A stretch of DNA of 64,000 nucleotides from Candidatus Latescibacterota bacterium (GTDB lineage: Bacteria; Latescibacterota; UBA2968; UBA8231). The number at the start of each line of letters is the position of its first letter. Position 1 is the stretch's first letter. Below the pieces are notes generated by a model. It did not search any database and had not been told where the DNA came from. It was given only the letters and a program-made list of their open reading frames with translations. The position numbers and the translations under genes are program-made. Shown in pieces: positions 27,746 through 36,882 of the stretch. Location: NCBI GenBank assembly GCA_965221775.1, contig CBDCSU010000004.1:608001-672000 (forward strand). The letters run 5' to 3'.

Positions 27746-28990
27746 GTGTCCCACGGCCTCCACAACTACGAGAACACCAACCGCCTCTTCGACAAGGGCG
27801 CCGACGCCGTCGGCCTCGACGAGGACCTCCGCCTGCTGCTGAAGACGCCCTTCCGCGAGGTGATGGTCGAGGTGCCCGTGCGCATGTCGAGCGGCCGGAT
27901 CGAGGTCTTCCTGGGGTATCGGGTGCAGCACAGTGGCGCCCGCGGGCCGATGAAGGGCGGCCTGCGCTACCACCCCGAGGTCGACCTCGACGAGGTCCGC
28001 TCCCTGGCCTCGCTGATGACCTGGAAGACGGCCCTCCTGGACCTGCCCTTCGGCGGCGCCAAGGGCGGGATCACCTGCGATCCCCTGCAGATGACCGAGG
28101 ACGAGCTCGAACGCATGACGCGCCGGTTCACCTCGCGTATCGGGCTCGCCTGGGGATTGCACCGGGACATCCCGGCGCCGGACCTGAACACCGACCAACG
28201 CGTGATGGCCTGGATCATGGACGAGTACAGCCAGCGCCACGGCTATACCCCCGGGATCGTCACCGGGAAGCCCCTGGCCCTCGGCGGCTCCCCCGGCCGG
28301 GAAGCGGCCACCGGGCGCGGCGTCAGCATCGTCACCCGCGAAGCGGCCCGGGACTTCGGGATCGAGGTGAAGGGCGCGCGGGTGGCGATTCAGGGATTCG
28401 GCCAGGTCGGCTCCCATGCCGCCCGGGTCCTTCACCAGATGGGGGCCCGCATCGTCGCCGTGAGCGACCTCGGGGGAGGCCTCTTCGCCAGCGACGGCCT
28501 CCCCTTCCCCGACCTCTTCGAACACGCCCGCGAGCACCGCACGATCCAGGGACTCGGGACCGGTGAGAGGATCTCCAACGCCGACCTGCTCACCCTCGAC
28601 TGCGACATCCTGATCCCCGCCGCCCTCGGCGGCGCCATCACCGAGGAGAATGCGCGCCAGGTCGGGGCCTCGATGGTCGTGGAGGCGGCCAACTCGCCGG
28701 TGACGACCAGCGCCGACGCCATCCTCGAAGAGCGGGGCATCGGGGTGGTGCCCGACATCCTGGCCAACGCCGGAGGAGTCACCGTTTCCTACTTCGAGTG
28801 GGTCCAGAACATCCAGGCCCTGACCTGGGAGGAGGAGGACGTCAACGCCCGGCTCGAGGGCATGATGATTCGCGCCTACCGGAGCGTGGTGGAACGCATG
28901 CGGTCCCGCCGCATCCCGATGCGCACCGCCGCCTTCGCCCTGGCCATCGAGCGCGTGGCCGAGACCGAAACCCTGCGGGGCGGATTCTAA
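27746..28990 (+). CDS. gdhA: Glutamate dehydrogenase (Glu/Leu/Phe/Val family)
   Basis: RGPMKGGLRY, GGAKGG, DIPAPD, ATGRG, QGFGQVG, ANAGGVTVSYFEW. Confidence 0.9.
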   Translation: MSHGLHNYENTNRLFDKGADAVGLDEDLRLLLKTPFREVMVEVPVRMSSGRIEVFLGYRVQHSGARGPMKGGLRYHPEVDLDEVRSLASLMTWKTALLDLPFGGAKGGITCDPLQMTEDELERMTRRFTSRIGLAWGLHRDIPAPDLNTDQRVMAWIMDEYSQRHGYTPGIVTGKPLALGGSPGREAATGRGVSIVTREAARDFGIEVKGARVAIQGFGQVGSHAARVLHQMGARIVAVSDLGGGLFASDGLPFPDLFEHAREHRTIQGLGTGERISNADLLTLDCDILIPAALGGAITEENARQVGASMVVEAANSPVTTSADAILEERGIGVVPDILANAGGVTVSYFEWVQNIQALTWEEEDVNARLEGMMIRAYRSVVERMRSRRIPMRTAAFALAIERVAETETLRGGF

Positions 28991-29009
28991 ACCGGAAGGG
29001 CTGCAGACC

Positions 29010-30899
29010 GTGGAAAAACTCGCTTGGCTCGCGGTGTTCACACTCGGATACTGGACGTACTGCATCTACTGGGGGGTGCGCGGGGCCCGCCAGGCCCGCA
29101 CCGCGAGCGACTACTTCATCGCCGGGCGGACCATCGGCCTGTGGGTCTTCGTCCTCGCCGCCACGGCCACCTCGTTCTCGGGCTGGACCTTCGTAGGCCA
29201 TCCGGGGACGATATTCAACGTCGGCCTGCCCTACGCCTTCGCCTCCTTCTACGCCATCACCATTCCCTTCACCGGGGTGTTGTTCCTCAAGCGACAGTGG
29301 CTGCTGGGGAGGAGGTACGGATACATCACCCCCGGCGAGATGTTCTCCGACTACTACCGCACCGACTGGATGCGGGTGCTCACGGTGCTCGTGGCCATGG
29401 TCTTCTCCGTTCCCTATCTCGGCATCCAGCTGCGCGCCTCGGGCCTGCTGTTCTCGCGCCTGGTGGAGGGCACGCCCCTGCAGCAGACCTTCCTCGGCTC
29501 CATCGAGGGAGGAGCGATCCTGCTGTCGGTGGTCGTCTTCCTGTACGTCGCCTCGGGCGGCCTGCGGTCGGTGGCCTACGTCGACTGCGCCCAGTGCATC
29601 CTGCTGGCCCTGGGCATCATCGTCCTCGGCTTCGTCGCCCTCGACCTGGTGGGGGGATGGGCCGCCTTCAAGGAGGGGCTCGCAGGGCTCGCCCGGCTCA
29701 AGCCGGACATGGTGGCGATCCCTTCCCGGCCGGAATCGACCTCCTTCCTCGAACGGGCCGGCACCTTGTTCTGGGGCGCCTCCGGCGGTCCCTGGACGGC
29801 GATGATGATCCTGACCTACATGTTCGCGCTCATGGGCATCCAGTCGTCTCCCGCCTTCAGCATGTGGGCCTTCTCCAACAAGGACCCCCGGCCCTTCCCC
29901 TGGCAGCAGGTGGTGGCCTCGTCCCTGGCGATCGGAGGCATCATGTTCTTCTGCACCGCCTTCCAGGGTCTCAGCGGCTCCATCCTGTTTCACGAAATCC
30001 TGCCGGACACGGAGAAGCTCGGCCTGCCCACCAGCGAGGCGGGCAAGCCGCTGACCGACTACCTCGTGCCGTACCTGATCGGCTCCCTGGAGCGGGCGGC
30101 GCCGTGGCTGGTGGGCCTGCTCTGCGTCTGCGCCCTGGCGGCGATGCAGTCCACGGGCGCCGCCTACATGTCGACGGCCAGCGGCATCGTCACCCGCGAC
30201 CTCTACCGCCACTTCTTCTCGCGCGAGGTCAGCCACCGTGTGCAGGTCCTGATCGGCCGCCTCACGGTCTTCGTCATCGTCGCCCTGGCCCTCCTGGTGG
30301 GCCTGGCCTCCGGAGACCTGCTGGTGCTCCTCGGCGGGGCCGCCGTCTCCTACGGGTTCCAGATGTGGCCCGCCCTCCTCGGCATCTGCTACATCCGCTG
30401 GTTCACCCCCAAGGGAGTCTCCTGGGGACTGGCCGCCGGGATCGCCGCCGTCACCGTGACCTACGTCACCCAACTGGGCGGGCTCGTCGGCATCGGCCGC
30501 TACCCGCTCACCATCCACAGCGCCGGATGGGGCATCCTCTGCAACCTCGGCGTCTGCATCCTCGTCAGCGCCCTCACCCAGAACTCGAGGGAGTCCGGGC
30601 ACCGCGCCGGTTACCACGACTTCCTCGAGGAGCACACCGCCCTGCCCCCCGAGCGGCAGCGCTGGAAGAAGCCGGTGTGGATCCTCACGGTGGTCTGGTT
30701 CCTGTGCGCCATCGGGCCCTTCGCCGTCCTCGGCAACGAGGCCGACCCGTCGCGCTGGATCATGGGGATCCCCACTTTGTGGATCTGGCAGATCGCGTGG
30801 TGGATCATCGGCGTGGGGATGATGTACCTCCTCGCCTTCAAGCTGGAGATGTCCACCGTGCCGCGGTCCGAAGTGAAGGCGCTGGCCGCATCCGACTGA
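29010..30899 (+). CDS. Sodium:solute symporter family transporter
   Basis: DYFIAGR, SGWTFVGHPG, GGLRSVAY, LAAMQST; many TM helices. Confidence 0.88.
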   Translation: MEKLAWLAVFTLGYWTYCIYWGVRGARQARTASDYFIAGRTIGLWVFVLAATATSFSGWTFVGHPGTIFNVGLPYAFASFYAITIPFTGVLFLKRQWLLGRRYGYITPGEMFSDYYRTDWMRVLTVLVAMVFSVPYLGIQLRASGLLFSRLVEGTPLQQTFLGSIEGGAILLSVVVFLYVASGGLRSVAYVDCAQCILLALGIIVLGFVALDLVGGWAAFKEGLAGLARLKPDMVAIPSRPESTSFLERAGTLFWGASGGPWTAMMILTYMFALMGIQSSPAFSMWAFSNKDPRPFPWQQVVASSLAIGGIMFFCTAFQGLSGSILFHEILPDTEKLGLPTSEAGKPLTDYLVPYLIGSLERAAPWLVGLLCVCALAAMQSTGAAYMSTASGIVTRDLYRHFFSREVSHRVQVLIGRLTVFVIVALALLVGLASGDLLVLLGGAAVSYGFQMWPALLGICYIRWFTPKGVSWGLAAGIAAVTVTYVTQLGGLVGIGRYPLTIHSAGWGILCNLGVCILVSALTQNSRESGHRAGYHDFLEEHTALPPERQRWKKPVWILTVVWFLCAIGPFAVLGNEADPSRWIMGIPTLWIWQIAWWIIGVGMMYLLAFKLEMSTVPRSEVKALAASD

Positions 30900-32587
30900 C
30901 CCGCGCACCCCTCCTGCTGCGGCTGGCCGCCGCCCTCGCCCTGAGCGCGTCCGTCAGCGCCTGGCTGCTGCCGGGGTACGGGGCGCACGGGGGATGGAGC
31001 CTGTTCCCGCCCCTGTGCGCCATCTCCGTGGCCATCGTCACGGGGCGCCTGGTCCTCGGCCTGGGATCCGCCCTCTTCGGGGCCGCCCTCCTCACCACCC
31101 CCATCGACGGCTGGAGCGCCCTCTGGCAGGTCCCGGCGACGGTAGCCGCCGATTTCGTCTGGAGCCCACTGAGCGACTCCTTCCAGCTCTTCATCCTGGC
31201 CTTCACCGTCTCCCTCATCGGCATGGTCCGCGTCGTCGCCGTAGCCGGCGGCACCCGCGGCATCGCCGAGAGCCTGGCCCGCCGGGCCCGGGGCCGGTCG
31301 ACGGCGCGGCTGGCGACCTGGCTCCTGGGCCTGGCCATCTTCTTCGACGACTACGCCAACACCCTGGTGGTGGGGACCACCATGCGCCCGGTCTGCGACC
31401 GCCTGCGGATCTCCCGGGAGAAGCTCGCCTACCTCGTCGACTCCACGGCGGCCCCGGTGGCGGGCCTCGCCGTGATCAGCACCTGGATCGGCTACGAGGT
31501 CGGTCTGCTGCAGGACGCCATGGACGGCCTGGGCACGGGGGTCTCCGGGTACGAGCTGTTCTTCCACGCCCTGACGAGCCGGTTCTACTGCTGGCTCGCC
31601 ATCCTCTTCGTGGGCGCCACCGTTCTGCTGCGCCGCGACGCCGGTCCCATGCTGGCCGCCGAGCGGCGGGCGGCCACCCGCGGAGAGGTGCTCCGGCCGG
31701 GGTCCGTGCCCCTCACCGGGGCCGGAGCGGAACGGAACCTCGAGCCGCCGGAAGGGATCACCCCCGACTGGCGGCTGGCGGCGGCGCCGGTCCTGGTCGT
31801 GGTGATCGGGGTGATCCTCGGCATGCAGTGGGACACCTGGGAGCATCCCGAGGTGCGCGGCGTTCGCGCGGAGGGGATCCTTGGCGCCGCCTACTGGACC
31901 GCCGTGCTCTCCAACGCCGCCGGCGCCAAGGTGATGTTTCTCGCCGCCGTCGCCGGGTCGGTCACCGCCTTCCTCCTGGCCGTGACCCGCCGCCGGAGCG
32001 ACCGCTCCCGGGCGATCCCTGCCCGGGCGGCGCTGCGGGCCTGGATCGGCGGCGTCACCGGGTTCCACCGGGCCCTGGTGATCCTGGTCCTCGCCTGGGC
32101 CATCAAGGAAGCCTGCTCCGCGGTGGACACCAGCGGCTACCTCCTGGCCGCCCTCGGGGACTCCATGCCGGCGGAGCTGCTGCCCGTGCTCGTCTTCCTG
32201 CTGGCGGCGGCCGTCGCCTTCTCCATCGGCACGTCGTGGACGACGATGGCGATCCTGCTGCCCACCACCCTGCCCCTGGCCCACGCCCTCGGCGGCCTGC
32301 CGACGACGGTCCTCGTGGCCGCCGCGGTCCTCGACGGCGCCATCTTCGGGGACCACTGCTCACCGATCAGCGACACCACGGTGCTGTCCAGCGTCGCCGC
32401 CGGGTGCGACCACCTCGATCACGTGAAGACCCAGGTCCCCTATGCCGTCGGCATCATGTCGGTGGCCGCCCTCTTCGGCTACGTGGGCACGGCCGCCGCC
32501 TATCCGGCCTGGGTCGGCCTGGGGCTGGGAATCGTGGTCTCGTGGGGGGGGCTGTGGCTGCTGGGCGAGGACCCGGACGCCCCTTGA
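30896..32587 (+). CDS. NhaC-family (Na+/H+ antiporter / amino-acid transporter) membrane protein; probable CTG start
   Basis: WSLFPPL, FFDDYAN, SREKLAYLVDSTAAP, GTSWTTM, FGDHCSPISDTT, HVKTQ. Confidence 0.85.
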   Translation: MTRAPLLLRLAAALALSASVSAWLLPGYGAHGGWSLFPPLCAISVAIVTGRLVLGLGSALFGAALLTTPIDGWSALWQVPATVAADFVWSPLSDSFQLFILAFTVSLIGMVRVVAVAGGTRGIAESLARRARGRSTARLATWLLGLAIFFDDYANTLVVGTTMRPVCDRLRISREKLAYLVDSTAAPVAGLAVISTWIGYEVGLLQDAMDGLGTGVSGYELFFHALTSRFYCWLAILFVGATVLLRRDAGPMLAAERRAATRGEVLRPGSVPLTGAGAERNLEPPEGITPDWRLAAAPVLVVVIGVILGMQWDTWEHPEVRGVRAEGILGAAYWTAVLSNAAGAKVMFLAAVAGSVTAFLLAVTRRRSDRSRAIPARAALRAWIGGVTGFHRALVILVLAWAIKEACSAVDTSGYLLAALGDSMPAELLPVLVFLLAAAVAFSIGTSWTTMAILLPTTLPLAHALGGLPTTVLVAAAVLDGAIFGDHCSPISDTTVLSSVAAGCDHLDHVKTQVPYAVGIMSVAALFGYVGTAAAYPAWVGLGLGIVVSWGGLWLLGEDPDAP

Positions 32588-32591
32588 GGGG

Positions 32592-33110
32592 CTACCAGGA
32601 AGCCGTGGTGCGGTCCACGATCTCCTCGACGATCATGGCCATGGCCGCCTCGACGGCGGGGTCCCGCCCGTCCTCGTCGGGCAGGGCCGCGTCGTAGGTC
32701 CCCCAGCCCACGAGAGATTCGATCTCGAGCAGCTCGCCCCCGTCGGAGGTGCGCTCGAGCAGGGCGCCGCCGAAGAGGCGGAAGCGGTACTGCTCCGTCA
32801 CCTCCGCGGCCGTGTGGATGAGGGGCTGGTCCTCGAGCCGGTCGAGACGCAGCAGGAGCACGGCGTCGGCCGACCCCTCGTCGACCACCCGCAGGCGTCC
32901 GTCCTCGATGAAGGCCTCGGTGAGGTGGTCCGTCAGCCTTTGGGCGATGTCGACCTCGGGGGTCCCGTTCTCCGCCGCGGGGATGGCCACGCTGCGGATG
33001 CCGCCGACGAGGCCGCCGCTCGTGGAGTAGTGGGAGCAGGCGCCGAGGAGCAGAGCGAGGACGAAGAGGATGCGCCGCGGGGCCGGCGATCCCGCCTCAG
33101 CCGGATGCAT
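32592..33110 (-). CDS. lptE: LPS assembly lipoprotein LptE family
   Basis: Lipobox LGAC followed by Y; IRSVAIP..EN, LT..L...F, C-terminal IVDRTTASW; start overlaps the upstream gene. Confidence 0.7.
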   Translation of the reverse strand: MHPAEAGSPAPRRILFVLALLLGACSHYSTSGGLVGGIRSVAIPAAENGTPEVDIAQRLTDHLTEAFIEDGRLRVVDEGSADAVLLLRLDRLEDQPLIHTAAEVTEQYRFRLFGGALLERTSDGGELLEIESLVGWGTYDAALPDEDGRDPAVEAAMAMIVEEIVDRTTASW

Positions 33111-33120
33111 CCGGCTGAGG
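33095..33120. repeat. Perfect 26-bp palindrome covering a stop codon and the lptE start codon
   Basis: CCTCAGCCGGATGCATCCGGCTGAGG equals its reverse complement. Confidence 0.9.
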
Positions 33121-33666
33121 GCCATCCGGTCCGGAGGGATCCGGCTCCTCCGCCGCCGGACCGCCGTCGGCCGGTCCGGTCGATTCGTAGGTCTCGGAGG
33201 GCAGGTCGGGAACCACCTTCGAAGGGGCGGCCTCCATCTCGGCGATCCCCTCGAGGGAGATGGCGCGCGCCGTGTCGCCCACGCTGATGGGCTGGGCCTG
33301 GGGCCGCCCCGACAGATCGGAGGACCGCACCGCCAGGCCTTCGCGCTCGCTGCCGTGACTCCCGTAGAGACCGAAGGAGTGGCGCACCATCATGGCGCTC
33401 AGGGTGGCAGTGGCCGCGGGGGCTCCCTCGGCGAGGGGAGACCGGGCGGTGGCCATCCGTTCCTGCACATGGGTGACGGCCACCCGCCCCTTCACCGATT
33501 CCCAGCGTCCGAGACTCTCTCCGGAGTCGGGGTCCCGGATGTCGTCGTGCTCGGCGACGACGGCGAACAACATGCCCTCGTGGACCCCGTCGCGGGCGCC
33601 GACGTTCAGCACCAGGGTCGTATCGTCGACGATGGCGGCCACCTTGCCGGTGATCGGCTCGCTCAT
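33097..33666 (-). CDS. Hypothetical protein with FlgT-C-like beta domain
   Basis: LVLNVGARDGVHEGMLF, IRDPDSGESLG. Confidence 0.65.
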   Translation of the reverse strand: MSEPITGKVAAIVDDTTLVLNVGARDGVHEGMLFAVVAEHDDIRDPDSGESLGRWESVKGRVAVTHVQERMATARSPLAEGAPAATATLSAMMVRHSFGLYGSHGSEREGLAVRSSDLSGRPQAQPISVGDTARAISLEGIAEMEAAPSKVVPDLPSETYESTGPADGGPAAEEPDPSGPDGPQPDASG

Positions 33667-33762
33667 CTCAGCCTCTCCTGACTCTCGGGTACTGTTGAAG
33701 TCGCTGCCGTGGAAGATAGGGGTCCCGCGGCTCGGCGGCAGGCGGGCGGAAAGCGCCGGGGG

Positions 33763-34788
33763 TCAGTCCGGGAGCAGGGCGATCGATCCCATGGGCTGGT
33801 CGCCGGGCCTCCAGTCGACGAGGAAGTCCTGCGGGTCCCGGTAGCCGTTCAGCCCGCCGCGGCTGCGGACCTGGTAGCGCACGGCGTAGTGGAGGTGAGG
33901 CCCGGTGGAACGGCCGGTGCTGCCCATCGTCCCCAGCGTGTCCCCCCGCGCGACTCGCTGGCCCTTGCTGACGAGGATCTTGTGCAGGTGCCCGTACTCG
34001 GTGCGAAGCAGCCCCGGGCGCGAGGTCGCCGTCCCGTCCTCGGCGATCACCAGCGGGTCGTGGTTGACCACGACCACCTTGCCGAGGAACCGGTCGGCGT
34101 AGGCATAGGCCACCTCGCCGGCGGCGGTGGCGACGATGGGCAGGCCCCGGGGGCCCGCCAGATCGATGCCGAGGTGCTTCGACTTCAGTCCGGTGAAGGG
34201 GTCCTTCCGATCCCCGAAGCCGGAGGAGACCCGCACGCGGCGGACATCGGCCACCGGCCAGATCGTCGGTACGTAGCGGAGGTTCTCCTTGTTGGCCTCG
34301 AAGGCCTCGATCAGGCTCTGGGAGCTGGTCAGCTGGTAAAGGGCTTCCCGCTGAAGCTCCCGGATGCGCCGGGACAGATTGTCAACCCGCTCCACCGCCG
34401 GCCGGGCGGTGGAGTAGCGGGGCAGATCGTCCGGCAGCTGCCGCCCGCCGACGCCGGGGGCCTGGTCACCGGCGCCGACGGAGCCGACGGCCGGATCGTC
34501 GAGCCCTCTTTGGCCCGCCAGCTTGCCGACGACCGCCTCGAGCCGGCCCAGGTCGCGGCGGGCGGAATCAAGCCTGGCCTCGAGGAGGACGTTGTCGCCG
34601 TGGAGGCCGGCCAGGCCCGCCTCCGAACCGGCGCGAGTGTGGAACTGGAAGGCGTAGTAGGCGAAGAGGCCGGCCAGCAGTGAGAGGGTGATGCCGCCGC
34701 TCCAGAGGAGACGGGTGGAGAGCCCGAATTCGCGGACCCTGCCGTCGTTCTGGGGGATGACGATGAAGTTGATTCGTTTGCCGCGCAT
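33763..34788 (-). CDS. M23 family metallopeptidase
   Basis: N-terminal TM and coiled coil; PTIWP, HLGID (HxxxD), GSTGRSTGPHLHY. Confidence 0.9.
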   Translation of the reverse strand: MRGKRINFIVIPQNDGRVREFGLSTRLLWSGGITLSLLAGLFAYYAFQFHTRAGSEAGLAGLHGDNVLLEARLDSARRDLGRLEAVVGKLAGQRGLDDPAVGSVGAGDQAPGVGGRQLPDDLPRYSTARPAVERVDNLSRRIRELQREALYQLTSSQSLIEAFEANKENLRYVPTIWPVADVRRVRVSSGFGDRKDPFTGLKSKHLGIDLAGPRGLPIVATAAGEVAYAYADRFLGKVVVVNHDPLVIAEDGTATSRPGLLRTEYGHLHKILVSKGQRVARGDTLGTMGSTGRSTGPHLHYAVRYQVRSRGGLNGYRDPQDFLVDWRPGDQPMGSIALLPD

Positions 34789-34963
34789 GCTGGTCCGTCG
34801 GGGGAGGAGGCGGATCAGACGGGAAAAATAGGTCGAACCCCCCGGATCGCCAACTGCCGCCGATGGTTGCGACCTCTCCGCGCGATTCGTAACTTCATTC
34901 GTTTACGTACTTGCCCTTCAGAAGCGCTCATCGGCCTCCCCCCTTCCGCTCCGGAGTACCTTG

Positions 34964-36877
34964 ATGATCCACGGCCCCCGCCGTATCGCCGCTCTGGTGC
35001 TGCTCGCGGCCTCGGCGGCCGCAGGGGAGGCGGCCCCCCGGCCGACGATCCAGGACGAGCTGAAGAACTCCTTCTTCCCCATCGTTCGCTACATCAACTC
35101 CTACTACATGTACGAGATCTCCCCCGACACGCTGATGCAGGCCGGGCTGAGGGGGACTTTCCAGGCCCTCGATCCGTCCTCCGACTACTCCATCAGCGGC
35201 CCCGAGGAGGACTGGCAGAGGAACTTCTCCACCTTCGAGCGCGCCGTCCGCGTCGTCGACAGGAAGGCGTTCTACACCGTGGGTGCCGACACCCTGATCC
35301 GCTACGGGATCGCCGGCATGATGTCCGTCCTCGATCCGGACACGGTGTTCATGGAGAAGCAGAGCCTCGACAACTTCCACATCAACACCCGCGGCGAATA
35401 CGGCGGCCTGGGGTTCCGCATCCAGGTCGTCTACCCCGACAGCGCCATCGCCGTGTGGGCGCTGCTGCACGAGGACACCCCGGCGGCGCGGGCGGGGGTG
35501 AAGTCGGGCGACCTGATCCTGGCCATCGACGGCGAGTCGACGCGGTCGATGAACGCCAGCGAGGCCGCCACCCTGATGCGCGGCACCGTCGACACCGACG
35601 TGACCCTGACCCTGAGCCGGGCGGGGGTGGAGGAGCCTTTCGACATCACCGTCACCCGCGAGGTGGTGCACATCAACTCCGTGCCCTCCCACGTGCTGTT
35701 CCCCGACTCCACGGGCTACATCAAGCTCACCGGCTTTCAGCACAAGTCCAGCCAGGAGGTGCGCGCCTCCCTGGCCGATCTCCTCGACCGGGGCATGAAG
35801 CGGCTGATCTTCGACCTCCGCGGCAACGGCGGCGGCTACCTGACCGAGGCCGTGCAGGTGGCGGACCTGTTCCTGCCGCGCGGCCGTCTCGTTGTCTACA
35901 CCGCCGGCCGCGCCTTCGAGGACACGACGCGCTACATCACCACCGAGGAGCCCATGTTCGGCGAAGGGCCGCTGGTCATCCTCGTCGACGGCGCCTCGGC
36001 GAGCGCCTCCGAGATCGTCTCCGGGGCGGTCCAGGACTGGGACCGGGGACTCGTCCTCGGGACCCCGACGGTCGGCAAGGGCTCGGTTCAGCAGACCGTC
36101 AGCATCGGCGAGCGCGCCGAGCTCAAGCTCACCATGGCCGCCTATTTCATCCCCAGCGGCCGCTCCATCGACAAGCGGATGCGCAAGGACTCCACCCTCG
36201 TGGCCATGGCCGACCAGGAGTACCGCACCCGAACCCTCGGCCGCCAGGTGCGCGGAGCCGGCGGCATCACCCCCGACATCGACATGGAGCGCCGGCGTTC
36301 CTCGCGGCTCTACTCCCAGCTCTCCGGCTGGGGCCGGAGGGGCACGGCGTTCTTCAACAACAGCCGGTTCTTCCGTTTCTCCCGGCAGTACCCCGCCCGC
36401 CACCCGGACCTCTCCCCCGACTTCGTCGCCGACGAGGGCACCCTGCAGGCCTTCCGCGACTTCGTCGAGGCCGACGGCTTCGAGTACACGAGCGCCCTGG
36501 AGACCAGGCTCGACGAGCTTCGGGAGGAGGTGGACGGCGAGGGAGACCGGGCCAGGGAGGCGATGGACGGCTCGCTGAAGCAGGTGGAGGGCGAGATCGA
36601 CCAGATCGAGGAATTCCACTGGAGGGACAACGCCGAACTGCTCACCTGGAAGCTGACCTTCGACATCCGCGAGAAGGCGTTCGGGATCGAGCAGGCCTAC
36701 GCCTACGACGTCACCGTCGACCCGCAGATCCAGCGCGCCCGGGAGATCCTCGGATCCGAGGCCGAGTACCAGGCCTGGTTCGAGAGGCCCGAGATCGGCG
36801 GCGTGCCGGCCATCGCGGCGGCCACCGACACCGGGTCCGTCGAGGCCGACGGACTGGTGCGGCTCGGCGGAGACTGA
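34964..36877 (+). CDS. S41 family C-terminal processing peptidase (CtpA-like) with PDZ domain
   Basis: YGGLG, DLRGNGGG, SASASEIVSG, GKGSVQ, GITPD; promoter-like TTGCGA-17-TAACTT at 34867-34895. Confidence 0.9.
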   Translation: MIHGPRRIAALVLLAASAAAGEAAPRPTIQDELKNSFFPIVRYINSYYMYEISPDTLMQAGLRGTFQALDPSSDYSISGPEEDWQRNFSTFERAVRVVDRKAFYTVGADTLIRYGIAGMMSVLDPDTVFMEKQSLDNFHINTRGEYGGLGFRIQVVYPDSAIAVWALLHEDTPAARAGVKSGDLILAIDGESTRSMNASEAATLMRGTVDTDVTLTLSRAGVEEPFDITVTREVVHINSVPSHVLFPDSTGYIKLTGFQHKSSQEVRASLADLLDRGMKRLIFDLRGNGGGYLTEAVQVADLFLPRGRLVVYTAGRAFEDTTRYITTEEPMFGEGPLVILVDGASASASEIVSGAVQDWDRGLVLGTPTVGKGSVQQTVSIGERAELKLTMAAYFIPSGRSIDKRMRKDSTLVAMADQEYRTRTLGRQVRGAGGITPDIDMERRRSSRLYSQLSGWGRRGTAFFNNSRFFRFSRQYPARHPDLSPDFVADEGTLQAFRDFVEADGFEYTSALETRLDELREEVDGEGDRAREAMDGSLKQVEGEIDQIEEFHWRDNAELLTWKLTFDIREKAFGIEQAYAYDVTVDPQIQRAREILGSEAEYQAWFERPEIGGVPAIAAATDTGSVEADGLVRLGGD

Positions 36878-36882
36878 GGGGC

